A DNA stretch of 32,000 nucleotides from Candidatus Nanoarchaeia archaeon. GTDB taxonomy: Archaea > Nanobdellota > Nanobdellia > Woesearchaeales > JANQNC01. This document shows positions 7,820 to 17,937 of this stretch, piece by piece (the stretch's first letter is position 1; each line of letters opens with the position of its first letter). The stretch lies in contig JANQNC010000001.1 in NCBI GenBank assembly GCA_028279745.1, positions 1,020,001 through 1,052,000 on the forward strand, given 5' to 3'. Under the pieces are notes generated by a model, which was not told the origin of the DNA, did no database searches, and was given only the letters and a program-made list of their open reading frames with translations. The position numbers were made by a program, and so were the translations under genes.

Positions 7820-7827
7820 TTATAAAA
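7820..7827 (-). promoter_or_regulatory. Putative TATA box for the Nudix-radical SAM operon
   Basis: The minus strand reads TTTTATAA, ending about 24 nt upstream of the ATG at 7796. That spacing fits a leaderless archaeal transcript. Confidence 0.35.
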
Positions 7828-8024
7828 TTATTCCAAATAAACTCCTACTGATTGCTGTCTCGGTGTGAACTAAAATTACTGAACTCCATGTTCAAGTCCC
7901 TGCGGAGAAGTAGAACTTCCAGATGAGTGCCCCTTCTAAATATTTTATACTATATAAGTTTAAGGCGTTACAAAAACGTTGAGAATTACCCTAAAAAAGG
8001 GTGGGGAGTCGTACCCCATGTTTT

Positions 8025-8036
8025 ATGCCCCCGCCG
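8025..8036. repeat. Direct repeat copy 2 (ATGCCCCCGCCG), overlapping the 3' acceptor end of tRNA-Glu
   Basis: An exact match to 5489..5500. Positions 8027..8033 are the acceptor 3' strand and 8026 is the discriminator base. Confidence 0.6.
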
Positions 8037-8146
8037 GGACTTTCGACATCACTAACGTTGAAAGCTACGAACGTCAGTGAGTATGTTCGAACCCGAGTCC
8101 CCAGATCGAAAATCTGGGATGATTGGCCGGACTACACCACAGGGGC
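8026..8146 (-). tRNA. tRNA-Glu, anticodon UUC, with one 46-nt intron at the 3' side of the T-loop
   Basis: The minus strand reads GCCCCTG TG GTGT AGTCCGGCCAA TCAT C CCAGA TTTTCGA TCTGG GGAC TCGGG TTCGAAC [intron 8084..8039] CCCGG CGGGGGC A. The GGTGTAGTCCGGCCAATCAT block is the conserved archaeal tRNA-Glu D-arm. Exons sum to 75 nt. Confidence 0.8.
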
Positions 8147-8290
8147 GGTTCAGATATTTTAGTCCTTTAACGATTTGAGTTCAGAAGTTATTTAAAAAGA
8201 TTTTGATTTGGTGGGGTATATCGATTATAATTCAAAAGCTTTATAAATGCCAAATCCAAAGAGTGTGTTTAACATACAAGTTAGAGGCTG

Positions 8291-10165
8291 ATGATGAAAA
8301 AACTGACATTACTATTAATGTGTTTAATTCTAAGTATTGGTATTGTTGCAGCAACAGGTGGAGGACATAAAGGGTATTGTGGCGATGGAAGCATAGATCA
8401 TTTTGAAGACTGTGATGACGGCAACACGGTAAGTGGAGATGGTTGCAGCAGATACTGTCTAATCGAATGTGTTTCTGGATCAGATTCAGACGGAGATGAT
8501 ATCTGTAATAATGATGATAACTGTCCTTACGACTTTAACCCAGGACAAGAAGATTTCAATAATGATGGAACAGGTGATGCCTGTGATAACGAATGTATTC
8601 TATTAAGCTTTGAAGAAGATCCAAACGGAAATCCAATACACGCAGGAACTGTAATAGATGATGAATTTGAAGATTGGGGAGTTAATGTGTATGTAATTAA
8701 TGCAGCAGCATCACACCCAGACGAAGCGATAATATTTAACTCATCAAATCCAACGGGTGGAGATCCAGACTTAGGAACACCAAGTAATATTTATGGGGGG
8801 CCAGGACTTGGATCTGGAGGAGAGACAAACAAGTACCCTTTACAAAACATATTGATCATTGCAGAAGATGATGTTGATAACAATAATGACGGGTTAGTTG
8901 ATGATCCAGATGATGAAGCAAACGGAGGGAACATCTACTTTAACTTTACAGATCCAGTAACTTTCAACTACATAAAAGTATTAGACATAGACGAACTAAG
9001 CTATAAAGATAAAGTAAAACTATACAATGAAGAAGGATATCTTATTGATTATGAACACATCATAGGTACAGGTTATGGAGACAACTCAGTACAAACAATA
9101 TATTTTGATACAGGAAACACAAGTGTAGCAAGAGTAAAACTTGTAGGAAGTGCAGGAGTAGATGATCTTTACTGGTGTCCATTAACACCACCTCCGGTAT
9201 GTGGAGATGGAGATGTAAACCAACTGAGCGAAGAATGTGATGATGGAAATGCATTTGATGATGATGAATGTACAAATGCATGTACCTTGCCAGTATGTGG
9301 AGACAGTATAGTTCAAGAAGGAGAAGAGTGTGATGATGGCAACCAAATAGATAATGATGCTTGCACTAACTCATGTATGCTGCCTTACTGTGGAGACAGT
9401 ATAGTTCAAGAAGGAGAAGAGTGTGATGATGGCAACCAAATAGATAATGATGAATGTACAAATGTCTGCTCTTTACCAGTGTGTGGAGACAGCATAATCC
9501 AAACAGGTGAAGAGTGCGATGACGGAAACACGATAGATGAAGACGGATGCAGTGATGTATGTCTGATAGAATATTGTGGAGATAACATATTACAAACAGA
9601 CTTAGGAGAACAGTGTGACGATGGAAACAACATAGACAGCGACGGATGTTCAAGCACATGTGTTCAAGAATTCTGTGGAGACAATATTGTACAAGGAGCT
9701 CTGGGAGAAGAGTGTGATGACGGCAATAATGCTGATGGTGATGGATGTAACGCAATATGTAAAAATGAGTATTGTGGAGATGGAATACAACAGTCAGGCG
9801 AAGGATGTGATGATGGCAATACACAAGATGATGATGGGTGTTCAAGTACCTGTGATTTAGAGTACTGTGGAGATGGAATCTTACAACCTTTATCAGGAGA
9901 GGAATGCGATGACGGCAACAGTAACAATGACGATGGATGTTCAAACAGCTGCTTGCTTCCGGTGTGTGGAGACGGACAGGTACAAGGAGATGAAGAGTGT
10001 GACGACGGTAACTTAATAGACGGAGATGGATGCAGTTCAAATTGTAATGATGAATTCTACGGCGAAGAAGAAATACCTGAAGTAGATGCAGTATTTGTAT
10101 TTGCAGTTATGATAGCAAGCTTCATAGGATTTGTAGTGGGACAGAATAAGAAAAAACCATTATAA
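8291..10165 (+). CDS. Secreted, C-terminally anchored Cys-rich repeat surface protein (thrombospondin type-3-like Ca-binding repeat plus 10 CGDG...EECDDGN...DGCS..C repeats of the DUF4215 / Myxococcus cysteine-rich repeat type)
   Basis: Domain layout, N to C:
- Signal peptide.
- One Cys-rich repeat, YCGDGSIDHFEDCDDGNTVSGDGCSRYC.
- TSP3-like DSDGDDICNNDDNCPYDFNPGQEDFNNDGTGDACD.
- A central region of about 200 aa.
- Nine tandem 31-33-aa Cys repeats.
- TM helix VFVFAVMIASFIGFVV and a KKKPL tail. Confidence 0.8.
   Translation: MMKKLTLLLMCLILSIGIVAATGGGHKGYCGDGSIDHFEDCDDGNTVSGDGCSRYCLIECVSGSDSDGDDICNNDDNCPYDFNPGQEDFNNDGTGDACDNECILLSFEEDPNGNPIHAGTVIDDEFEDWGVNVYVINAAASHPDEAIIFNSSNPTGGDPDLGTPSNIYGGPGLGSGGETNKYPLQNILIIAEDDVDNNNDGLVDDPDDEANGGNIYFNFTDPVTFNYIKVLDIDELSYKDKVKLYNEEGYLIDYEHIIGTGYGDNSVQTIYFDTGNTSVARVKLVGSAGVDDLYWCPLTPPPVCGDGDVNQLSEECDDGNAFDDDECTNACTLPVCGDSIVQEGEECDDGNQIDNDACTNSCMLPYCGDSIVQEGEECDDGNQIDNDECTNVCSLPVCGDSIIQTGEECDDGNTIDEDGCSDVCLIEYCGDNILQTDLGEQCDDGNNIDSDGCSSTCVQEFCGDNIVQGALGEECDDGNNADGDGCNAICKNEYCGDGIQQSGEGCDDGNTQDDDGCSSTCDLEYCGDGILQPLSGEECDDGNSNNDDGCSNSCLLPVCGDGQVQGDEECDDGNLIDGDGCSSNCNDEFYGEEEIPEVDAVFVFAVMIASFIGFVVGQNKKKPL
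9197..10054 (+). repeat. In-frame tandem coding repeats (9 units of about 93-99 nt) inside the Cys-rich surface protein gene
   Basis: Units begin (V/Y/F)CGD... Units 2 and 3 share a perfect 64-nt stretch (9296..9359 equals 9389..9452, period 93 nt). Confidence 0.85.
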
Positions 10166-10312
10166 AAATACAAAGCTTTTAATAGGGATTCTTAATTCTT
10201 AATTATAAAATAGATTTGGAGGTTAAGTACAAGACATAGGAAAATTAAAAATTTTCCAGGGTTTAAAAGTTTTTCAAACTTTCAAACTAACTAATCTTGG
10301 AAGAAGCGCAGG

Positions 10313-10414
10313 ATGAAACGAAGTTCAAGACGTTGGAAAAAGAAACGACAGATGCGTTGGAAGTGGCAACGAAAAAGAATCAAGAAAGAAAAACGAAGAA
10401 GACTTAAGAAATAA
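10313..10414 (+). CDS. rpl41e: Ribosomal protein L41e (33 aa)
   Basis: Too short for the ORF track. My translation is MKRSSRRWKKKRQMRWKWQRKRIKKEKRRRLKK*. It matches the archaeal L41e pattern KRSSRRWKKK..MRWKW followed by an Arg/Lys-rich tail, as I recall it from Methanocaldococcus L41e. A TATA-like TTTAAAAG lies at 10262..10269. Confidence 0.75.
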   Translation: MKRSSRRWKKKRQMRWKWQRKRIKKEKRRRLKK

Positions 10415-10509
10415 ACTTAAATTCTAAAATTTTTTTACATATCTTAATCGTTTATAGAGGGTAAACTTCTCAAATTTAGCTAAAAAGCCCATATTTTAGG
10501 GATAGAAAG

Positions 10510-10519
10510 CTTTAAATAT
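10510..10519 (+). promoter_or_regulatory. Putative TATA box of the rRNA operon
   Basis: CTTTAAATAT lies about 105 nt upstream of the 16S processing stem. A second AT-rich candidate, GTATATAT, is at about 10645. Confidence 0.35.
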
Positions 10520-10623
10520 GACTGACTTTTCCTTCCAGAAACAAATCACCACCTTCTCTAAAAAAAGCTAATTTTAGCTTGTTTTTAGGTAAAAATGAAT
10601 GCTTAACATTATGTTAAGTACGA

Positions 10624-10637
10624 TTGAGTAAATGATG
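10624..10637 (+). other. 5' strand of the 16S processing stem (pairs with 12225..12238)
   Basis: TTGAGTAAATGATG is the exact reverse complement of CATCATTTACTCAA at 12225..12238. Together they bracket the whole 16S. Confidence 0.7.
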
Positions 10638-10724
10638 TGGAAATGTATATATCTTGTACGACAATTGATAGTTGTACCAAACGACATTTCCTTTAAGTTA
10701 AACTAATGGATATAATGCAACAAA

Positions 10725-12195
<1,471 letters not shown>

Positions 12196-12259
12196 TTATT
12201 TTTTTTAACGAAAAAATAAGCTAGCATCATTTACTCAAATTTTATGTTCATAACGAACT

Positions 12260-12389
12260 GGGCCCGTGGCTCAATGGTAGAGCGCTGCCCTTGCACATGC
12301 AGAAATGCATTCAAGTAAGGCAGAGGTTTCGGGTTCAAATCGGATACACAAAAAAGAGGTGTGGTCCGCTGAAAGTCCCGACGGGTCCA
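12260..12389 (+). tRNA. tRNA-Ala, anticodon UGC, in the 16S-23S spacer, with two introns (about 22 nt after position 37; about 36 nt at the 3' side of the T-loop)
   Basis: The sequence reads GGGCCCG TG GCTC AATGGTA GAGC G CTGCC CTTGCA [intron about 12296..12317] A GGCAG AGGTT TCGGG TTCAAAT [intron about 12341..12376] CCCGA CGGGTCC A. The G3:U70 alanine identity pair is present. Exons sum to 72 nt. Confidence 0.85.
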
Positions 12390-12523
12390 TTTCAAAATCA
12401 CAAATCAAATTCATAAATAATGAACGCAATTCAATATCACGAGTATATTGAATGAAGGGTTGAAGTTTTGCAGAAAATTATTTTTTGCAATGATGAATAT
12501 TTAAGCTCATATTCATTTTGATG

Positions 12524-12556
12524 AAACCATGCATAGGAAAAAACTTTTGTAGTCTC
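12524..12556 (+). other. 5' strand of the 23S processing stem (pairs with 15481..15513)
   Basis: AAACCATGCATAGG..CTTTTGTAG.CTC is complementary to GAGGCTACAAAAG..CCTATGCATGGTTT. The duplex has an internal bulge, as expected for a bulge-helix-bulge processing site. Confidence 0.7.
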
Positions 12557-12583
12557 TTTTACCTTTAGGTAAAAAGTTTCTAA

Positions 12584-15470
12584 AAAACTGTTAGGTGGAT
12601 GACTTGGCTCAAGACGCCGATGAAGGGTGTGACAAGCTGCACTATGCTCTGGCGAGTAGCAGGTATACATTGAACCAGAGATCCCCTAATGTGACTTCAC
12701 ATTAGATCCGAAAGGATAGGGAACGCGGTGAATTGAAACGTCTTAGTAACCGCAGGAAAAGATATCAAATGATATGCCGTGAGTAAAGGCGATTGAAAAC
12801 GGTATAAGGCAAACTGAATCCGGTACAGAAATGTATTGGAGATGTGGTCTGGCTGTTCTTTTATCTTAGCTAAAAGATCCGAAGTTTCTGGAAAGAAACG
12901 CCTTAGAGGGTGATAGCCCCGTAGGAGTAAGTTAGTAGATTTTGAATAGTTCAAGAGTAGTGTCAATTGGATATTTGGCATGAATATGGGAGGCATCAAC
13001 TTCCAACCTTAAACACGTCTTGAGTCCGATAGCAAAGGAGTACCGTGAGGGAAAGTTGAAAAGGACCCATAATAGGAAGTCAAAAGCCCCTGAAACCTAA
13101 CAGTTATAGTGGGGTACGGCTCTTCGGAGTTGTGCCGTGCGTTTTGAATAACGTGCCAGGGAGTTTAGTTAAGTGGCAAGGGTAATTCTGTTAAAGAAGC
13201 ACCCAGAGCGAAAGCAATAAGCCCGCAATTTATGAGGGGCAAGGTATGAAAATGCCTGAAGTCACTTGGCTAAGACCCGAAGCCGAGCGAGCTATTCTTG
13301 GGCAAGGTGAAGCGGAGGTTAGACTCCGTGGAGGCCTGCAGAGGTGCTACGGGCAAGTGCTCTTCTGACCTGAGAATAGGGGTAAAAAGCCAATCGAGCT
13401 CGGTGATAGCTGGTTCCTGTCAAAGTTGGCCGTAGTCAAGCCTCGGAGGAGATAACTAAGAGGGTAGAGATACGGATTTGAGATTTAGGGGAAGAAATTC
13501 CTCGGTTTCTTGTCCAACTCCAAATATTTTAGTGTCGTAGATTCCGGGAGACGGGGGGTAGGGGTAAGCCCTATTCCCGAGAGGGGAACAACCCAAACCG
13601 TGGTTAAGGTCCCAAAATATCGTTCAAGTGTTAAAGGGTGAAGAGTGTTTGTAACCATAGACAGCTGGGAGGTTAGCTTAGAAGCAGCCACCCTTCAAAA
13701 AGTGCGTAACAGCTTACCAGTCGAGGTTGCAAGCCTCTAAAATGGACGGGGCTAAAGCGATTACCGATACCACGGACTATCGCAAGATAAGTAGTAGACA
13801 GGCGTTCTGATAGGGCGGAAGCATCTTTACGAAAAGATGTGGACCTTTTAGAATTGAAAATCCTGGTGAGAGTAGGAACAGAGCAGAGTTAGAATCTCTG
13901 CCGCCGAAAGGGCAAGGGTTCCTTGACAATGCAAATCAGTCAAGGGTTAGTCGATCCTAATTCATCTCTTAACTGAATTGATGGAGAAAGGGAAGCAGGT
14001 TAATATTCCTGCACTGTTTAAGTATGAGTGGCAACACAAGTCTTATTTCTGACACTTTAGGATAGACCAACATATGATTAAGTATGCTAACCGGAGTAAA
14101 TCAAGGGAGTATTGTAATGATGAGAACTTGATCAAAACCGGGAATGGTACCTCGTATGAGGTATTTGATTGATTCCTTGAGTCCATGAAAAAGGAATAAG
14201 AATAAATCTTAAACATTCGTACCCAGAACCAGCACAGGTGCCCCTAGGTGAGTAGCCTAAGGTGTGAGGGACTAATCTACATAAGGGAATTCGGCAAATT
14301 CGCCCCGTGCCTTCGGTATAAGGGGTCCCTGACTTCGTACTTGCATAAGTGCGATGCTAGGGTTTAATAACTAGGTCGATCCGACTGTTTAACAAAAACA
14401 CAACTTACTGCTAGCCTGAAAAGGTGCGTACAGTAGGTGACGTCTGCCCAGTGCCAGTACTTCAAACTCCGTTCCAACGGAGCTAAGAGCTGGTAAACGG
14501 CGGGGGTAACTATAACTCTCTTAAGGTAACGAAATGCCTTGCCGTTTGATTGACGGCCTGCATGAATGGCGTAACGAGATCGACGCTGTCCCTATGTAGA
14601 TCCCCCTGAACACTCTTTTGCGGTGCAAAGGCCGCAGATTTCCAGTGGGAAGCGAAGACCCCGTGAAACTTTACTGTAGCTTGTTGTTGCGGTGTATGAT
14701 TCTTTGCACAGAGTAGAAAGGAGCTGTTACGCTAACGATTCCGGTCGTTAGATAGGCAACAATGTAACACTTTCCTTGGAATTGTATATCGCTAACCGGA
14801 TACTTGATATCCGAGACATCAACTGGTGGACAGTTTGGCTGGGGTGGCACCCCGTCGAAAATGTATCGATGGGGCCCAATGGTAAACTCATCCGATTTAG
14901 AAATTCGGAGTAGAGTGTAAGGGCAAAAGTTTGCCTGACAGGATCTGTACCAATACTAGATTCTGAGTAGAAATACTGGCCTAGCGATCCTCCGTACCTC
15001 CTTGATGGGGGTCGGGGATGACCGAAAAGTTACTCCGGGGATAACAGAGTTGTCGCGTCCGAGAGCTCATATCGACGACGCGGCTTGCTACATCGATGTC
15101 GGCTCTTCCTATCCTGGCCGTGCAGAAGCGGCCAAGGGTGGGGGTGTTCACCCATTAAAAGGGATCGTGAGCTGGGTTCACAACGCTGTGAGGCAGTTGG
15201 TTTGATATCTACTGGAAATGTCAGGTGTCTGATAGGAAGGATCTCCTAGTACGAGAGGAACGGAGTGTTCGAAGCCACTGGTGTATCGATTATCTAACAA
15301 GGTATGTTGAGCAGCTACGCTTTAGAGGATAAGTACTGAAAGCATCTAAGTACGAAACCTCCCTAGAAAAGAGACACTTTGAACACTTGTAAAAGACAAG
15401 TTTGATGGGATTGACGTGTAAGTACCAAGCTTCGGCGAGGTATTCAGCGTGCAATTACCAATAGTTCGTA
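12584..15470 (+). rRNA. rrl: 23S rRNA (archaeal), about 2.9 kb; ends are approximate (about +/-15 nt)
   Basis: Landmarks:
- GGTGGATGACTTGGCTCAAGACGCCGATGAAGG near the 5' end.
- Sarcin-ricin loop AGTACGAGAGGAAC at 15248..15261.
- Helix 1 pairing of about 12586..12596 with about 15457..15466. Confidence 0.95.
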
Positions 15471-15631
15471 CTTACTTTGTGAGGCTACAAAAGTTTAAAC
15501 CTATGCATGGTTTTATTTTTAATTTTTTAATTAAAAATTTATTTAAGAAAAAATTTATTTTAGCGATAGCTTTTATAACAAACAGAATATTTATAAAAGG
15601 ATTATCTAATAACTAATCTTTAGACTAAAAA

Positions 15632-16660
15632 ATGCACACTGAAAAAGAAATATTAGAGATGAGAACAGAGCTTGAGGAATGTCAAAATCCTTTATTCTTA
15701 TTTCATGATGACCAAGACGGTCTATGTTCATTCTTACAGTTATACAAATATAAACAAGACGGAACCGGAATAGTAATAAGCAATATGTCAAAGATGACAG
15801 ACTTTATTGTACGTAAGATAGAAGAATATGGAGTAGATAAAGTTTTTATCTTAGATATTCCTGTTGTAAAAGAAGAATTCTTTGAAAAAGTAAAAGTGCC
15901 AATCGTATGGATAGACCACCACGATGTTGTTGAGGTTGGTAAAAATGTTAAATACTTTAATGTTAAGAAGAACGACAAAAAAGCTTACGTTCCAGTCTCA
16001 TACACTTGTTACCAGGTTACGGAAGGGAAGTTTATGTGGACAAGCATGGTTGGATGTGTGGGTGATGCATTTATTCCACCATTCTATGAAGAGTTTTCTG
16101 AGAAGTATCCTGAACTGTTGCCTTCGGGTGTTAATGAGATGCCCGAAATTGTGATTAATACAAAACTAGGGACGTTGTTGAAGGTGTTCTCATTCGTGTT
16201 GAAAGGAGGGACAGCAGACATACGAAAATGCATTAAGATATTAACTAGGGTAAAAGAACCAAACGAGATATTGAAAAGAGAAACTGCACAAGGAAAATTT
16301 ATCTATAATCATTTTTACAGAATACATGAGAAATTTCAGACATTATTAGAAGATGCACTAAGTAAAGAGACAGATGGGAAAATATTAGTTTATGTTTATA
16401 CCGACGATAAAATGGCACTATCTGCAATGTTAGCAAATGAACTTTCTTACATAATGCCTGATCGTTTTATCATACTGGCGCGTTTGAAAGATGGGGAGTA
16501 TAAGATGAGTTTACGTTATTTTAAGAAAATACCTCCAGTTTTGAAGAAAGCACTTATTGGTGTGAATGGTAGAGGCGGGGGGCACGACTTTGCATGTGGT
16601 GCTGCTGTAAAAGAAGAAGACTTTGATAGATTTGTAGAAAACATAAGAAAACAACTTTAG
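15632..16660 (+). CDS. DHH/DHHA1 family phosphoesterase (archaeal RecJ/Cdc45-like)
   Basis: Motifs LFLFHDDQDGLCS, VWIDHHDV (DHH) and GRGGGHDFACGA (the DHHA1 GGGH motif). Confidence 0.75.
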   Translation: MHTEKEILEMRTELEECQNPLFLFHDDQDGLCSFLQLYKYKQDGTGIVISNMSKMTDFIVRKIEEYGVDKVFILDIPVVKEEFFEKVKVPIVWIDHHDVVEVGKNVKYFNVKKNDKKAYVPVSYTCYQVTEGKFMWTSMVGCVGDAFIPPFYEEFSEKYPELLPSGVNEMPEIVINTKLGTLLKVFSFVLKGGTADIRKCIKILTRVKEPNEILKRETAQGKFIYNHFYRIHEKFQTLLEDALSKETDGKILVYVYTDDKMALSAMLANELSYIMPDRFIILARLKDGEYKMSLRYFKKIPPVLKKALIGVNGRGGGHDFACGAAVKEEDFDRFVENIRKQL

Positions 16661-17583
16661 TTATTTATTATTTCTAGAATTTGATTTACATCTTTTGCTT
16701 GCATAATGTTGTTTCTTAACTTTTTTGCTCCTGTTAGTCCTTTCATAAACCACATGGCTTGTTGTCTTAGCTCAGTAAAACTTCTAAGGTTTTCATATTC
16801 TTTGTAGTATTTTAGGAACGTTTTGAATGAGTTGAGTTTTTCTTTTTCATCTTGTTCTAATTTATTGTTTAATATCCTTTTGAAGATTAAAGGGTCTCCA
16901 ATTGCTGCTCTCCCAATCATAACTGCATCACAATTAGCTTGTTTTATCAGGTTGTTATAATCTTTGTAATTTCTAACATCTCCGTTGCCAATAATTGGGA
17001 TGTTACATTGTTCTTTTGCTTTCTTAATTTCATTCCAGTCAGCTTTTCCACTATAACCTTGAGCTTTAGTTCTACCGTGTATAGCAATTGCATCTACCCC
17101 TAAATTTTCTAGAATTTTAGTTGTTTCTAGAGTGTTTATGCTCTTTTCATCCCAACCAATTCTAATCTTTGCAGTAACTGGTTTATTGGTGTTATCGATA
17201 ATTGGTTTAACTGCTTTCTTGATCTGATCTGGATGTTTAACTAAGAAAGAACCTGCTTTGCTTGCCAGAATATCTTTTTCAGGACAACCTAAATTAACGT
17301 CTAAGATGTCTGCTTTATCTTCTATAATATTAACTGCATCTTTCATTACGTTTGGATCTGAACCAACTAGTTGGATGCTTAATGGTTTTTCTTTTTTTAG
17401 GAAGCAGGTTTGTTTGATGACGTTGTCTGTGTTATTGGTGACTTGATTAATGTGAAGCATTGGTGTATTAACTAAACCAGCGCCATTTTCCTTGCATAGC
17501 AGTCTGAAAGAATAGCAGTTGACTGCAGCCATCGGCGCTAAGATAAGATTGTTTTCAAGTTTTACTTTACCTATTTTGAACAT
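16657..17583 (-). CDS. dus: tRNA-dihydrouridine synthase
   Basis: Motifs LILAPMAAVNCYSFRLL, NLGCPEKDILASKAGSFL and AIAIHGRTKAQGYSGKADW. Confidence 0.85.
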   Translation of the reverse strand: MFKIGKVKLENNLILAPMAAVNCYSFRLLCKENGAGLVNTPMLHINQVTNNTDNVIKQTCFLKKEKPLSIQLVGSDPNVMKDAVNIIEDKADILDVNLGCPEKDILASKAGSFLVKHPDQIKKAVKPIIDNTNKPVTAKIRIGWDEKSINTLETTKILENLGVDAIAIHGRTKAQGYSGKADWNEIKKAKEQCNIPIIGNGDVRNYKDYNNLIKQANCDAVMIGRAAIGDPLIFKRILNNKLEQDEKEKLNSFKTFLKYYKEYENLRSFTELRQQAMWFMKGLTGAKKLRNNIMQAKDVNQILEIINN

Positions 17584-17626
17584 GGTTATTGTGTTTAGAA
17601 TTTGATTTATTAAAGTTTGTAAAAAA

Positions 17627-17637
17627 GGGGGGGGGGG
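17627..17637. repeat. G11 homopolymer (C11 on the dus strand)
   Basis: AAAAAAGGGGGGGGGGGTTTT sits 44-54 nt upstream of the dus ATG, directly upstream of the AT-rich TATA-like segment. Confidence 0.9.
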
Positions 17638-17685
17638 TTTTGATATGTATTTTTTATAAACTAGTTAGATTGTAAAGAAACGTCC

Positions 17686-17934
17686 TTATTTTTGGTTAAT
17701 ATACTTTTTTAACTGTTGGTATGTGGATATAGCGTATCCAATACCTGTTCCTGCAAAACACGATGCTCCAGATAAAACAGCACCGAGAATTCTTCCTTTT
17801 TCTATATTAACTAAATAAGCAGCAGTTATACCTCCAGTTAAAACTCCCAGACCTAATCCTGCAATAAATCCGTCTAAACAAAGAGTTCTTGCTTTCTTTT
17901 TAATTTCCTTTTGGTAAGTTTCATTTATTTCCAT
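17686..17934 (-). CDS. Small membrane protein with two Gly-zipper TM helices
   Basis: 82-aa ORF with GFIAGLGLGVLTGGITAAYL and GAVLSGASCFAGTGIGYAI. It is the third gene of a tightly packed three-gene unit with 3-nt gaps. Confidence 0.55.
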   Translation of the reverse strand: MEINETYQKEIKKKARTLCLDGFIAGLGLGVLTGGITAAYLVNIEKGRILGAVLSGASCFAGTGIGYAISTYQQLKKYINQK

Positions 17935-17937
17935 TTT

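Noticed and set aside
7880-7915. T-arm-like sequence GTTCAAGTCCCTGCGGAG, suggesting a tRNA fragment or split-tRNA half
   Set aside because: I could not build complementary T-stem or acceptor strands, or find a partner half, on either strand, even allowing introns. It may be a decayed tRNA remnant, but this is unsupported.
9060-10040. Several ORFs overlapping the Cys-rich repeat gene (9060..9281, 9366..10040, 9406..9657 and 9664..9927 on the minus strand; 9660..9860 on the plus strand in another frame)
   Set aside because: They are repeat-driven frames opposite to or out of frame with a gene with a strong periodic protein motif. Their translations are low-complexity His/Leu/Ser-rich strings with no start context.
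9197-10054. Regular repeats of about 93-99 nt considered as a possible CRISPR-like array
   Set aside because: The repeats are in-frame coding units of one long ORF. Conservation is at the protein level (CGD...CDDGN...C), and there is no repeat-spacer structure.
4546-10165. Diversity-generating retroelement (template/variable repeat pair plus reverse transcriptase) targeting the LamG or Cys-rich surface proteins
   Set aside because: No reverse transcriptase ORF is present, and I could find no non-coding near-copy of a 3' gene segment in the window.
15471-15631. Search for a 5S rRNA downstream of the 23S
   Set aside because: The region is almost pure A/T with no 5S-like GC-rich helices.
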